A stretch of DNA of 64,000 nucleotides from Octopus sinensis (lineage: Eukaryota), in NCBI RefSeq assembly GCF_006345805.1, contig NC_042998.1, positions 46,190,001 to 46,254,000 of the forward strand, in the 5' to 3' direction. Both the position numbers and the translations under genes were made by a program. Shown one piece after another: positions 1 through 13,700 of this stretch (position 1 is its first letter; each line of letters begins with the position of its first letter). Under the pieces are notes generated by a model that was given only the letters and a program-made list of their open reading frames with translations, ran no database searches and was not told the origin of the DNA.

Positions 1-199
1 CTTACGTAACACTCATCATCACCATTTGTTATTCATCCATTCACCATCATTCACGCTTCCATGCACCTTTGCAATCCCTACCTACACACACTCCCAGTTC
101 TTCTACCCCCATTCATTTCCAGTCACCTTGTGCCTTGATGGTTCACACAAATACAGTGACAGCTATGGTTTAATTTAATGTCTTCTATATCCACACATA

Positions 200-1172
200 T
201 GAGGTGATATCAAAATTTCCCAGACTAGTTCTGTAGTATGCCAACAGATGGCAGTGCATGGTTGAGTACATTGTGAGAGCTAGCCATTACCTTCACAAGG
301 CAGTGTACTGAGTGACATAGCTGTGTTTACTTTGTAGGTTGTGAAATTTGTGTTTTTGTGATCATGTGTATGCTGTAGTCAGTGAGTTTTGTCTTTGACA
401 GGAAGTTGGAACAAAGAGCCAGCATGAAATTTTGCATTTAACTTGAGAAGTCTGCTACAGAGACATTAAGCATACTTTGGCAAGCTTAAGGCGATGAGGC
501 AATGGGTTGTACGCAATGTTTTGAGTGGCACAGGTGCTTCAAAAAGCATGACAGATCTGCAGCTCAATCAAGAGCATGCACATCATTTTCTCAAAATCCA
601 TGGTATTGTGCATTGAGCATTGGCACCAGGGCTCGACCGTCAGTCGAGAGTTCTACTGCAATGTTTTGAAGCATCTGAGGGAGGACATTTGGTGAAAGTG
701 ACTGAATCTGTAGAGTGTGAAGAACTGAACTTTTTATGACAACAATGTACCCTGTCACTGAGCTCTCCTCATTCATGAAAAAACAAGGGTAAATTCGCAA
801 TGGTGTTCAGTGAACAAATTAAACACACTACCCAGCAGTGGCTAAAATGCAAACCAATCAAGTTTATGTATAAATTTTCTTTTTATATGTTTGTTTCCTT
901 TTACACAATATTAAAACAATGGCTAAAAATTTTCTAAAGCTGCACCCCTACTAATATTATCTGCGAGCTGCCACTGGACTGCAGCCTTACTGAAGCACCA
1001 TCTTGAAGAATTGTAGTCAGACGAATCGACTCCAATACTAATTTTTTAAGCCTGTTATTTATTCTATCAGTCACTTTTGCCAAACTGCTAAGTTACAGCA
1101 ATGTAAACACAGCAACACTGTTTGTGAAGTAATGGTGGGGACAAACACAAAGGTGTGCACACATACACACAC

Positions 1173-1213
<41 letters not shown>

Positions 1214-1562
1214 TATGTGTTTGCGTGTATATGTATATACCAAAACAACATGGTATTGCTTCTGCACCCATCTTATTTGCCAGATTTAGCACCTGTGAAC
1301 TTCTATCTCTTCCCCAACATGAAAATGCGGCTCAAAGATCGTCGTTTTAATACTGTTGTTGAGATCCAGAGCAAATTGCAGAAGGTCCTTGAATTGCTTA
1401 TGGAAAACAACTTCCAGGCTGGATTCCAAAATTGGCCTGAACGTTGGAATGGGTGTATTGCTATGCAAGGTGATTATTTCAAAGGAGTTGATGTTAAAAC
1501 TTAGATAAATAATTAATTTTTATTAAACATAACTAGTCCAGGAACTTTTTGCTACCATCTCG
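200..1562 (+). mobile_element. Degenerate mariner DNA transposon, internally deleted and interrupted (~800-1240) by SINE/microsatellite sequence
   Basis: Imperfect TIRs (tgaggtgatatcaaaatttcccagactagtt / aactagtccaggaactttttgctaccatctcg) with TA on each side. Transposase remnants include the C-terminus HPSYLPDLAPVNFYLFPNMKMRLKDRRF...QGDYF (ORF 1217-1504). Confidence 0.85.
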
Positions 1563-3713
1563 TATGATGGGCTTCTTTCTATTTCTGGCTACCGAACACA
1601 CTCACATGGTTTTAGTAGGCCCAAGGCTATAGTGGAAGAAACTTACTCAAGGTGCCATACAGTAGAACTGAACCTGAAGCCATTTGTTGTGCAGTGAACT
1701 TCTTAATTACATAGCCATACTTGCACAATATATATATCATATGTATCAACCAATCCAGATCAATGGTAAATTCTTTTATCCTTTTACTAATTTCATTCGC
1801 TGGCTTATAGCAATGTTGAGGTACTGACTGCAAGGTTGTTGGTGAATCATATCAACCCCAGTACTTTCTTCAACCTATTTCCTATTTTATCAATCTATGT
1901 TTATCAGATGGCTAAATTATCATCTGATATAAGGTATTTAATACAGAAAATTGACTGCTAAAATTATATCAAACTAATTTGTTTTCCTTTTGCTTTCGCT
2001 TTCACTATTTTCCATTGGTTTTATTTTAAAATGAATCTCAATTTGAAAAGAATATTTAGGTATTAGAATGTGGAAGTTGATAAATATATTTTTAGATAAA
2101 TTCTTTAATTTTAGATAAATAAAAAAAGAGCTCACATTAATTCACATGTTGATAATTCATGTTGCTATAAACTGAAAAATATTTTCATTTGTCATGATTA
2201 TTTCTGATTTAAAATTCAGCTTAATTATGATTTATTTTATTGAATTTTTCAATAGAGATTTCAATAAAAATATATGTATTTCTTACATAGTTATAAAGAA
2301 GGACAACTTAGTTTCAATAACATTCTTGACTTTTTCAAGGGTATTTTATGAGATAAAAATTATCATATAAATATAAACAAGAATTAAAATTGAGGATGTC
2401 TTGACTTATATATAAAATATATATTCATCTTATGTACATGTGCAATAATTAGAATCAACTGCTTGACCTTTGATGAAGAGAAACTCCATCCATATGTAAG
2501 TGGTTCTATTGATTCCAAGGAGTAGAAGTGGATGAATGGTAGTAGACACATTCACCTCTATCCCAAGAGCATTTGTAAATTAAGCAAAATAGCTATGTTT
2601 GTGAATCGAATTTAGGTTACTGTCTCAATATATTGGGAGCTAACTATCTCTCCATTGCACTTAATAAAGCATTAAAAATATAATTAGAACTAAAATTGAA
2701 TTTGATATGAATATTAAAATAATTGAGATATATTTCATTGATTTTAGAATAAATTCTAAACTTGATTTAGAGAAAAAAAAAAGAAAAAGAAAAAAGAAAA
2801 AGCTGTTTTCTTTTATGAATATTTCGAATTTGATAGAAGTTGAAATATTCAAGTCGCCACAGATGCTGCAAAAGTTTGTTATGGTTACAGATAATCTTGA
2901 TTTAGTTCAAGAGAATAGGATTGCAGGAAAAAAATGCATATATTAAATCAAATTTGGATATAATTTTAAGTGCTGTCGATAGCTCTGATCTTTTATCAAA
3001 GGTAAAATTTTGGACACTGTCAGCAGTTGTAGAACTGAGATAAATAACAGTAAAGTCTGGCTTTTATAAACTTAACTGTTCCTTGAAATAATTTCAATTA
3101 AGATCAATATACTTACAATACATAATGAGATAATTTGAGAATGAAACAGAGTGACTGATGTGATTGCAGAGTACTTGAAGCATAAGTTCCACTGAACTGG
3201 ACATGTCACAAGGTTCACAGACAATAGGTGGACCTGTGCAGTTGCCATGTGGTATGCAAGAGATCAGGAAAGGCCACTTGGAAGGCCCCTATGATGATGG
3301 GAAGAGGATTTGGTCAAGCAATTTGAGTTAAGATGGAAGAGAATGGCTCAATCAAGATAAAATAGGAAGTGCATTGTGACCAGCAGTGTATAATAGCATC
3401 TGATGGCTTGGTTGATACCATGATAAAGTGAATGAAATATATAAAAGAAATAAACAGTTGAATTTAAGTAAGAAAATTTACTTTCTACATCTTGCCATTG
3501 CTATAAACGCTTCTGTAAATCTTTTTCATTTCAATAGTTCCTTTTATCATACCATAACTTCCAAAACATCTTCTTTTCCAAAATCCCCAAACTGTTGGTT
3601 TATATATATTACCTTCTTTTAGATGGATTTCCTTTGACTTTATTCAATTTTATCATATGGTAGTCCACTCTTTTTCATTTTTGTCATGTCTCTATCTGAG
3701 AATATGGCTAAAG

Positions 3714-4156
3714 AAGTTGGTTACACATTCATATTTAGACATGTTTTGTATTTTTCGATGAACAAATTTTCTTTATTTAAATGTTCTTGTATAGAAATTG
3801 TCTTTTTGCACTGGTAAATGGGGGAAACTGTGAAGTTTGATAGGATATTACTTGCACATCTCTTTATGTATACACCCAAAGGAATCTGTCTGTATTGCAG
3901 GAACCTGATCTGTTCCTTATGAAGCATGGTTCTCTGTCTCAATGTCATACAAATCTGTCCTATATAGTTATGTCCACAACCTGAGCAAGTTATAACATAA
4001 ATTAGATTCTTGGATGCACAAGTGAAGTTAGTTTTAATTGTGAACCTCACTCCTTCTTTGAATAGGAATTCCGAGCCTTCCAGGAATGTTTAAATAAAGA
4101 AAATTTGTTCACTGAAAAATACAAAACATGCCTAAATATGAATACATAACCAACTT
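3714..4156 (-). mobile_element. Penelope-like element 3' fragment (GIY-YIG endonuclease) with an inverted terminal duplication
   Basis: ORF 3721-4050: KNLIYVITCSGCGHNYIGQ...LRQR..LH, a PLE-type GIY-YIG. 4090-4156 is an inverted copy of 3714-3780. Confidence 0.8.
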
Positions 4157-4456
4157 TGATCTCAGTACATATTTTAATTCATGATTACATACCCATCACT
4201 GTACATATTTCTTCTCACTACTTTAGCTTTTGAATTTTTGTGCATATTTATCCCTTTCCTGAAAGATGAACAATTACCTCCCATGTCCCCAGTAATAACA
4301 ATCACCAATTACCTCTCCTTAGATTTTTCTACGTGTTGAATCATTCATTCATAAACTTCTTCACACTCAACGTAGACTAAAATCTTCTTAAGAAAAAATA
4401 TTAAATTACAATAATTTCAATGTCATGATTAGCGAAAGCGAAACCAATCAACAAAC

Positions 4457-4520
<64 letters not shown>

Positions 4521-4929
4521 ATTGTCCCCAACCGGTATTGATTTTTCTATGTTCCTATAACTTAGTGGTTCAGTAAAAGTGACTGATAGAATAAATGCAA
4601 ATCTTAAAAAAATAAGTACTGGGGTCAATTGTACTTTCAAGCTAGTGCCTCACCATGGCTGCAGTCTAATGACTGAAACAAGTAAAAAGATTAATAGAGA
4701 AAAAACTGGCTTTTTAAGAAATTCATAAAAGTGGCAAAATTAGTTAACTTTCTGGGCAACTATATAATAAATTTGAAAATGTTATAATAGGCATAGGAGT
4801 GGCTGTGTGGAAAGTAGCTTGCTTACCAACCACATGGTTCTGGGTTCAGTCCCACTGTGTGGTACCTTGGGCAAGTGTCTTCTACTATAACCTTCGCATG
4901 GGTGGATTTGGTAGACAGAAACCTGTTTT

Positions 4930-5296
4930 TCCATTGTACTCTTTTACTTGTTTCAGTCATTTGACTGCAGCCACGCTGGAGCACCACCTTTAGTCGAGCA
5001 AATCAACCCCAGGACTTATTCTTTGGAAGCCTAGTACTTATTCTATTGGTCTCTTTTGCCGAACTGCTAAGTTATGGGAACGTAAACACACCAGGCAATG
5101 TTCAGGGGACAAACACATACATATATATATACATATATACGACGGGCTTCTTTCAGTTTCTGTCTACCAAATCCACTCATAAGGTTTTGGTCGACCCGAG
5201 GCTATAGTAGAAGACACTTGCCCAAGGTGCCATGCAGTGGGAATGAACCGAAACCATGTGGTTGGTAAGCAAGCTACTTACCACACAGCCACTCTT
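4930..5296 (-). mobile_element. tRNA-derived SINE family A (central TA/CA microsatellite), near full-length copy
   Basis: Head TGGCTGTGTGG (A-box-like) and GGTTC..TCCC (B-box-like). The same body recurs many times (e.g. 26137-26480 +, 32870-33205 +, 33494-33897 -, 45375-45779 -). Confidence 0.8.
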
Positions 5297-7010
5297 GCAC
5301 CTTGTAGTATATAAATAAAGTAAAAATTTTACTAATCTATCAATTTTTAAAAAGTCATTTTCAAATTTCATTGTAGGTGACCTGCAAAACTAATTTATAA
5401 AACAACAGAGAAAAAATTTCAAGTTTACATATTCATTTATTTATTTATTACAAAATGATTTATTCAAAATATATGGCGAATTCAATATTTAAAAAAAAAG
5501 GCAGTCAGCTTGCTACTGGAATTTACAATCTTGCCAACCTACCATTAAATTAAAGGAAATATGGACTACCAGAATTTTTGCAAATATTTCCGATCACATT
5601 GAAATAATTGCATTTTATGGTTGGCTGCAAAAACTGCAATTTTTCCATTTTTAATGCATATTTTTATTTCCCTTCCATTCTTCTGCCCTTTTCATTGCCT
5701 AATTTTATTCTACATAATTGATGTTTTATAAATAATTGCATTTACACTTTGAGATGACAGAAGATGAAAAGTTATGATTTCCTTTGTTTTTATTTAAGCA
5801 TTATGTTGCTATGTTTCTAATGAAATGCATTGCTGATGCTTCAAATAATTTTTTAAATAATCGAGAATTTGGAGGAATTCAGAAGAATAACTAACTATTT
5901 CATCATTAACACCCTTTGGTTACGATATTTCTGTTGAAATACATTACTAGTCTTTCAATTAATTTTGAAAATAATGAAAAATTTATCAGTATAACGTTGC
6001 AATTATTATGCTGGTGTTTGGAACATAAATTAACATAAAATTTTGAATAAATATTTTATTTTTGATTTCAATAAAACAAAATTTTGCCAATAAGAAACAT
6101 TTGCACTGGTTCTATTTTACTTCTTTTTATTAAATCAACTAGTTAACAAATTAAGCAATTAACTAATTGATTGTTTGATTAATGATTTGGTCCCTCAATC
6201 AATATGTTAGTTTGTCAGAGTTTGATTGCCACTATTTGTTATCTTATCAGTGACATTGGAGACAAGACAGGTCCGGAATAACAAGGGAACATCACCAAAG
6301 AGGTTGTGAATGATGACAACTGGACTGACAAACTAACTAACTAATTGATTGATTGATTGATTGAATGATTAATCAAGTAGATGATTAGTTAATTGGTTAA
6401 TCAGTTGACTAATAACATTAAGAAAAGTACAACAGAATGAAAGTATTTCTTATTGATAAAATGACTCTCAAGAAACAATGAAATAAAGTACAAAAATTGT
6501 TTAACCCTTTTACTGCAGAAATCAGATATATCCACTCAAAAATTTCATTACCTTAACTGTGGAAAGCAGTTTTATATACAAATCTTTTTTTTTATTGAGG
6601 AATATCATGTTTTGAAACAATTTTTGTTGAATTTATTGAGGCAATGTGACTTGCAGAAAATACCAGTCTGTTTCTGGACAGATACCCAAAATCATTACAG
6701 GAATAACCATGAAATTTAATTTTGCAGTTGAAAGATTAAAAAAAAAAATCATAAAGACAGATTTTCATGACCACCTCAACAAATTGATAGCTTTAAAGGT
6801 AGAGAAAGCTAGCTAATCCTAAATCCTTCTATAAGTTACGATCATAAAAAAGGAAGGACATATGATAATGAAGTTCTAGATATGGAATGAGATGACTAAA
6901 TATAGTTGTTTGAAGGCTGATGATTTGACACGGCTGACTGGACACTCAGTCTGTATTGGCAACAATATTTTTTGGTGTTAGAGGCAAACATAAATACATA
7001 TGTGTATATG

Positions 7011-7042
<32 letters not shown>

Positions 7043-8594
7043 TTACAATTTATGTATGGAACATGACTGACATAAACACTTTCCCTCTCTTCATACACAT
7101 CAAGAGAAATATACTCACACTCATAAAGTGAGAGAAATAGAGACAGAGAGAAGGAGAGAGAAGAAGAGAGGAAGGGAAAGAGAAGGAGGAGGAGGAGACC
7201 AAGAGAACCATTAAAAGGTCGGATGTCAAATAAGTCAGTGTTGAATCAGCAAAATGCCTTTGTCTTTGCCAAAATGCCTCATACTTCATTAGATACTCAG
7301 TAACTGAAAAAAATAGATAGGATGGTCGCAACTGAAATAACTTTCATTCATAGATCTGGTTGATCATGAATGAGCAGGAATTAAACAACAATATTAATGA
7401 ATTACATTGTCTGCTCTTGGGGAGTTGTACTTGTTGAAAGTTTGAAACATGGGAATTTTTTTTTCAGATGTCAAAAAACCCCAAATGTGTGACGGTCGTT
7501 GTTTTAAATGCATAAGGATGTTACCACATGGTAATATAGGGGGTGGGGAAATGTTAAGAAAAGTCATTGGTTTCATCAAGGAAAATGTTAAAAGGTGTTG
7601 GGATTAGCAAACTAATGTTTAACATTTTCCATTAGACCTTTTGACCAACACATTCAAAGAATGAGAAAGAGATACTTAGAAGTCATTGGCCTGGTCAGAA
7701 TATAACTTAGGATTATTAGAATGTAAGCATTCAAGGGTATACACACACACACTCACTCACTCCACTCACACACATACACACACACACACACACAGTGATA
7801 ACCCCGTACAAGTTTTCTTTAAAAATTTATTTCCTAATGGCTTCAGGTTAGGGAACCATATCCAAATAAAGGATTTGTCCAAACTTTTGTTCCATCAGGT
7901 TCCACGTTGATCATTGATCCAAAAAAGGCCAGTTGACTGCAATTTTTCTGAAAGAGAATGTGTACATTAATAAAAGCAGTAATAGTAATTATAACAATAT
8001 CACATTAATAATATTAATTTTTATTAGTAATAACAACATCTGAGATAACTTAATTTTTTCAAAACTATTTAACAATTAAATCAATGATGTTCTAAGTAAT
8101 AATTAACAAGTTTCTGTCATTCTGTTGAGATGATTTTTTGGGGGACATTTACTGCAGTTCTAGGCATTCTAAACAATACACCCAAGTTATGTTGTATGTG
8201 CTTATAAATATTCCTTACAAGAATGCTTCTATTGCTAATAGCTAATCTAAACACATCCTACCAGCTTTGGTGCTATATTATATTAATTTTGAATGATTTT
8301 CTGAATGGAATTTGGTGTTTGGCTGTCTGTTACTGATGATCTGAAATACGGTGAAATCATGCGATACAACAGTTCCAGCTACCAGTGTCGATGAAATATT
8401 GTCAACTAATATAGTCAGTGCTTTTCAACATTTATTGTCTACATGAGAAGATTTCTCAGGATGTTTATTGCAGACTTAGGTGTTACAAACAACACAACAG
8501 GAAGTTTGTATCACAGGGTCAGGGACAGTCTCAGGTGAACTGGTACTAAAAGAGTTAATAAAAAAATAAAAGAAAAGGATTACTCTCTATTTAC

Positions 8595-8794
8595 CTGGAT
8601 ACTTTTAACAATGTCATGGGTGGTAGACAAAAGGTCATCAAGTCGCTTGCTCTCAACACAAATGCGTTTTTCTTCTCGAAATGTATTATTTGCTTGATCA
8701 TCTTTATGTAACACTGTGTAGGTGAATACTGCTCCAGTATGATCTACAGACCAATGTTTAACTCTACTCCACAAGACAGAAACTGAATCTTCAT
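8595..8794 (-). CDS. FERM gene coding exon 8 (F3/PTB-like lobe); read-through would add VNRE and stop at TAA 8580-8582
   Basis: Acceptor ttactttcag, donor CAG|gtaaat, 200 nt, phase 1 to 0. Translation (D)EDSVSVLWSRVKHWSVDHTGAVFTYTVLHKDDQANNTFREEKRICVESKRLDDLLSTTHDIVKSIQ resembles the SNX27 F3 segment [22 protein letters not shown] as recalled. Confidence 0.85.
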
Positions 8795-9984
8795 CTGAAA
8801 GTAATATGAATTAAATCTCTCTGAACATAATCTGTATCCATGATAATTATTTTCCTTAATTTAAAATTAATACTGTATTTTTCAGCATTCAAGGTGAACT
8901 TTACAAACCAAAATTTACAGCCAAAAAATGTAGGTGGATTTATACCTCAAGACAACTTTGGAGGGCCAAAATTCCCTGTGAAATGCAATAGGATTTGGGA
9001 AGATAGTGTCAATGTTTAAGTGTTTACAGTATATGTTTACACTATCTGCTGCATTGACTTGTATACTAGAAAATCTGAAAACACATTTTTGATAGCACAA
9101 AAAAAAAAAAATGCATAATATTAGTTTAAAATTTTGGCACAAAGACAGCAAGTTTTAGAGGAGGGTGTAAGTCAATTACATCGATCCCAGTGCTCAACAG
9201 GTACTTATTTTATCAATCCTGAAAGTAAAAACATTCGAGCAAGGTCATTGCCAGTGCTGCTGGACTGGCTCCTGTGCAGGTGACATGTAAAAAACACCAC
9301 TTGAGCATGGCTGTTGCCAGTACCACCTGACTGGCCCTCATGCCAGTAGCACGTAAAAGCACCCACAACACTCTCAGAGTGGTTGGCATTAGGAAGGGCA
9401 TCCAGCTGTAGAAACTCTGCCAGATCAGATTGGAGCCTGAAGCAGCCATTTGGTTTGCCAGTCCTCAGTCACTAGAATTGTTAGAAGTAATAGCTAAATC
9501 TTCCTCACATCATACCCTTCTGTTTAAAAAATATCAGCTATCGCTAGTTTTTTTGGAGTGAGCTTTATTTACTATCCTTTCACTAATAATAGTAGTTGAG
9601 TTGAGACATTTCACTTATTCTTCATGGCATAAAAATGTATTCCACCTTTTGAAATAAAATCATAACCCTATGTATATGAGATGATCATAGTTGGAACTCC
9701 TTCAATGATAGATGTACCTGATCAGGCTGACTTTAAGTTAAACGACAACAGTAAAACTGTTTCTCATTGGTGATTTTTAACAACATTATTTATATATTCT
9801 TACACATTATAGGCACAGGAGTGGGTGGGTGATAAGTAGTTTGCTTACCAACCATATGGTTCCGGGTTCAGTCCCACTGCATGGCACCTTGAGCAAGTGT
9901 CTTCTACTATAGTCTCGGGCCAACCAAAGCCTTGTGAGTGGATTTGGTAGACAGAAACTGAAAGAAGTCCGTTGTATATATGTA

Positions 9985-10721
9985 ATCATCATCATCATCA
10001 TCATCATTTAACGTCCGCTTTCCATGCTAGCATGGGTTGGACAGTTCAACTGGGGTCTGGGGAGCCCGAAAGCTGCACCAGTCCAGTCAGATCTGGCAGT
10101 GTTTCTACAGCTGGATGCCCTTCCTAACGCCAACCACTCCGAGAGTGTAGTGGGTGATTTTATGTGCCACCGACACAGGTGCCAGACGAGGCTGGCAAAC
10201 GGCCATGCTCGGATGGTGTTTTTATGTGGCACCGACACAGGTGCCAGACGAGGCTGGCAGACGGCCACGCTCGGATGGTGTTTTTATGTGCCACCGACAC
10301 AGGTGCCAGATGAGGCTGGCAAACGGCCTCGATCGGATGGTGCTTGTTACGTGCCCACAGCACGGAGGCCAGTCGATGCGCTACTGGCTACGGCCACGTT
10401 CGGATGGTTTTCTTATGTGCCACGTGCCACAAAGATACAAATTCCATTGATGTTCATCTATTTTGATTTGTTTTGATTTGATTTTCACTTGCCTCAACAA
10501 GTCTTCACAAGTGTCACAAGAAGGAAGGTATGCACAGGTGGACTGACTACGTTCCAGGTAGGGGCCATGGGTTATGGCCTGACTAGTCTTGCCGGGTCTT
10601 CGGATGGTGTTTTTATGTGCCACCGACACAGGTGCTAGATGAGGCTGGCGAACGGCCACGATCGGATGGTGTTTGTCATGTGCCCACCGCACTGATTACA
10701 GCACTGATGGATTTCTTGTGT
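9985..10721 (-). mobile_element. 5'-truncated RTE 3'UTR copy, inverted relative to the adjacent long RTE
   Basis: Begins with (ATC)n plus tttaacgtccgctttccatgctagcatggg, the reverse complement of the tail at 15460-15515. Contains one copy of the 3'UTR repeat unit. Confidence 0.85.
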
Positions 10722-13700
10722 GGTATACTTATCGCTGAGAAATGGATAGATAGAGTAATTGAGGTAATCAGAGTAAGTGACAGAATACTTAAGATTAGAA
10801 TAGTGCTTCATAATAGATTAGCAACCATTATATCGGCCTATGCCCCTCAGCCAGGGCTACCCGATGGACAGAAAGACAGTTTCTATGACACCCTACTGCA
10901 GACCACCTCATTGACGAACGACAGGGACCTTCTCTTTGTGGCTGGTGATTTCAATGGGCATGTTGGACGACATGCTGGGGGCTTCCATGGCGTGCATGGA
11001 GGCTATGGTTATGGTTCCCGCAACGAGGAGGGAACCAGGCTGCTGGAGTTCTGTGATGCGAATAGTCTTATGATCTGCAACACTAACTTCAGGAAACCAA
11101 CAAGCCACCTGGTCACCTACCGATCGGGCCGGCATACTAGCCAAATCGACTACATCCTCGCCAGAAAAAGGGAAAGATGGCTGCTTATAAATGCCAAAAC
11201 ATTCCCAGGCGAAGATTGCACCCCACAACATAGACTGGTAGTTAGTGACTTTAGGATCAGGACTAAGAGGGCGACTAGAAGACGACCAACTTGGAGAAAA
11301 AGGGTCTGGAAGCTTAAAGACCCTGCGAATGGACAGAGATTTAGAGATATGTTACTTGAAGCCTTTGACGAAGTGGAAGGGGGTATAGCTACACATGGGG
11401 TAGAAGACAACTGGACGTTTCTGAGGGACAACCTGCTGAAAGCCGCTAACCAGATCTGTGGCTGGTGCAAAGTCCCCTTAAGACCCAAAATAACATGGTG
11501 GTGGAACAATATTGTTGATAGGGCTATTAGACAAAAGAAACAGGCTTGGAAGGCCTGGAAGAACGGTGGTAGCAGGGAGTGTATCAGACTGCCAGAAGGG
11601 AAGCTAGGAGACAGGTCTATCTAGCCAGAGGGGAAGCAGATAAAAGAAAATTTGCCAATGTCCTGCGCCGTGAGGATGAAAGACTTGAGGTATTTCGTGT
11701 TGCAAGACAGTGTGTGAGAGAGAATCGAGATGTGGTAGGAGAGAAATGTGTTCGCATGGAGGATGGCTCACTTGCGCTAAATGAGGATGCAAAGAGAGAA
11801 GCTTGGAGACGCCACTATGAAAGGTTGCTGAATGAGGAAAATGAATGGGATAAAGAGAGTCTGCCGAATGTTGACCCAACAGAGGGACCAGCTATCCGAG
11901 TTGATAGTTCCGTGGTAGCTAAGGCAATTAGAAGCATGAAGACAGGGAAAGCCCCAGGCCCATCAGGAATTACTGCAGAGATGCTCAAAATATCTGGTAG
12001 TGTCGGCTATAGCATAGTCACCCATATAGTTAACCAGGTGATACACGAAGGAGTCATACCCAATGACTGGTGTAGCAGCATAATAGTCAACTGCTACAAA
12101 GGTAAAGGCGATGCCCTAGATACAAATAACTACAGGGGCATCAAGCTGTTGGATCAGGTAATGAAGGTTACGGAGAGGGTTATAGCCCAGTTAATTAGAG
12201 AGAGAGTTAGCTTAGATGATATGCAGTTTGGGTTCGTGCCAGGGAAAAGTACTACTGATGCTATATTCCTGGTAAGACAGCTGCAGGAGAAATACCTAGC
12301 CAAAGGTAAGCCCTTGTACCTGGCTTTTGTTGACTTAGAGAAAGCCTTTGACAGGGTCCCCCGATCCCTTATCTGGTGGTCAATGAGGAAACTAGGGATA
12401 GATGAATGGTTAGTGAGAGCTGTGCGAGCCATGTACAGAGACGCAGCTAGTAAGGTGAGGGTTGGCAACGAGTACAGTGAAGAATTCCGGGTAGAGGTTG
12501 GGGTCCACCAAGGTTCAGTCCTCAGCCCCCTCCTATTTATCATAGTCCTCCAGGCAATAACGGAAGAATTTAAGACAGGATGCCCCTGGGAGCTCCTATA
12601 TGCTGATGACCTTGCTCTAATTGCTGAGTCACTATCAGAACTGGAGGAGAAGTTTCAGGTGTGGAAACAAGGATTAGAATCGAAGGGCCTTAGAATCAAC
12701 CTAACCAAAACCAAAGTCCTAATAAGTAGAAAGGTGGACCAACCACAAACGACTTCAGGTAGATGGCCCTGCTCGATCTGTAAAAAAGGTGTAGGTAGAA
12801 ACTCTATAAGGTGCACCAAGTGTAAGCTATGGACACATAAGAGGTGCAGCAATGTCAAAGGAAGGCTAACTAAGAAAATAGTTTTTGTCTGTGGCAGATG
12901 CTCAAGAGAAATAAACACTGGAAATGTGCAGAGACCAACTTCTACCACGTTCCAGGGAGACAAACTAGAAGTAGTTGATAGCTTCCGCTACCTAGGAGAC
13001 CAAGTCAGTAGCGGGGGTGGGTGTGCTGAAAGTGTAACTGCTAGAGTAAGAATAGCCTGGGCAAAGTTTAGAGAGCTCTTACCCCTGCTGGTGACAAAAG
13101 GCCTCTCGCTAAGAGTAAAAGGCAGACTATATGATGCGTGTGTACGTACAGCCATGCTACATGGTAGTGAAACATGGGCCGTGACAGCTGAGGATATGCG
13201 TAAGCTTGCAAGAAATGAAGCCAGTATGCTCCGATGGATGTGTAATGTCAGTGTTCATAATCGTCAGAGTGTAAGTACTTTGAGAGAAAAGTTGAACCTA
13301 AGAAGTGTCAGTTGTGGTGTGCAAGAGAGACGGCTGCGCTGGTATGGTCATGTGACGAGAATGGCTGAAGATAGTTGTGTGCAAAAGTGCTACACCCTAG
13401 CAGTTGAGGGAACCTGTGGAAGAGGTAGACCCAGGAAAACCTGGGACGAGGTGGTGAAGCACGACCTTCGAACTTTAGGTCTCACCAAGGAAATGACTGA
13501 AGACCGAGTCCTATGGAAGTGTGCTGTGCATGAGAGGACCCGGCAGGACTAGTCAGGCCATATCCCGTGGCCCCTACCTGGGACGTAGTCGATCCACCTG
13601 TGCATACCTTCCTTCTTGTGACACTTGTGAAGACCTGCTGAGGCAAGTGAAAATCAATCAAAATAGATGAACATCAATGGAATTTGTATCTTTGTGGTAC

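Noticed and set aside
5540-8545. Candidate downstream terminal exons for the FERM gene (acceptors near 8546, 8341, 7303, 6325, 5626)
   Set aside because: All give short featureless peptides in phase 0, and none can be preferred without transcript data.
10008-10692. Many overlapping 60-150-aa ORFs here and at 13674-15486 and 54394-55736
   Set aside because: They arise from GC-richer tandem units of RTE 3'UTRs, occur in several frames on both strands, and have no splice or domain support.
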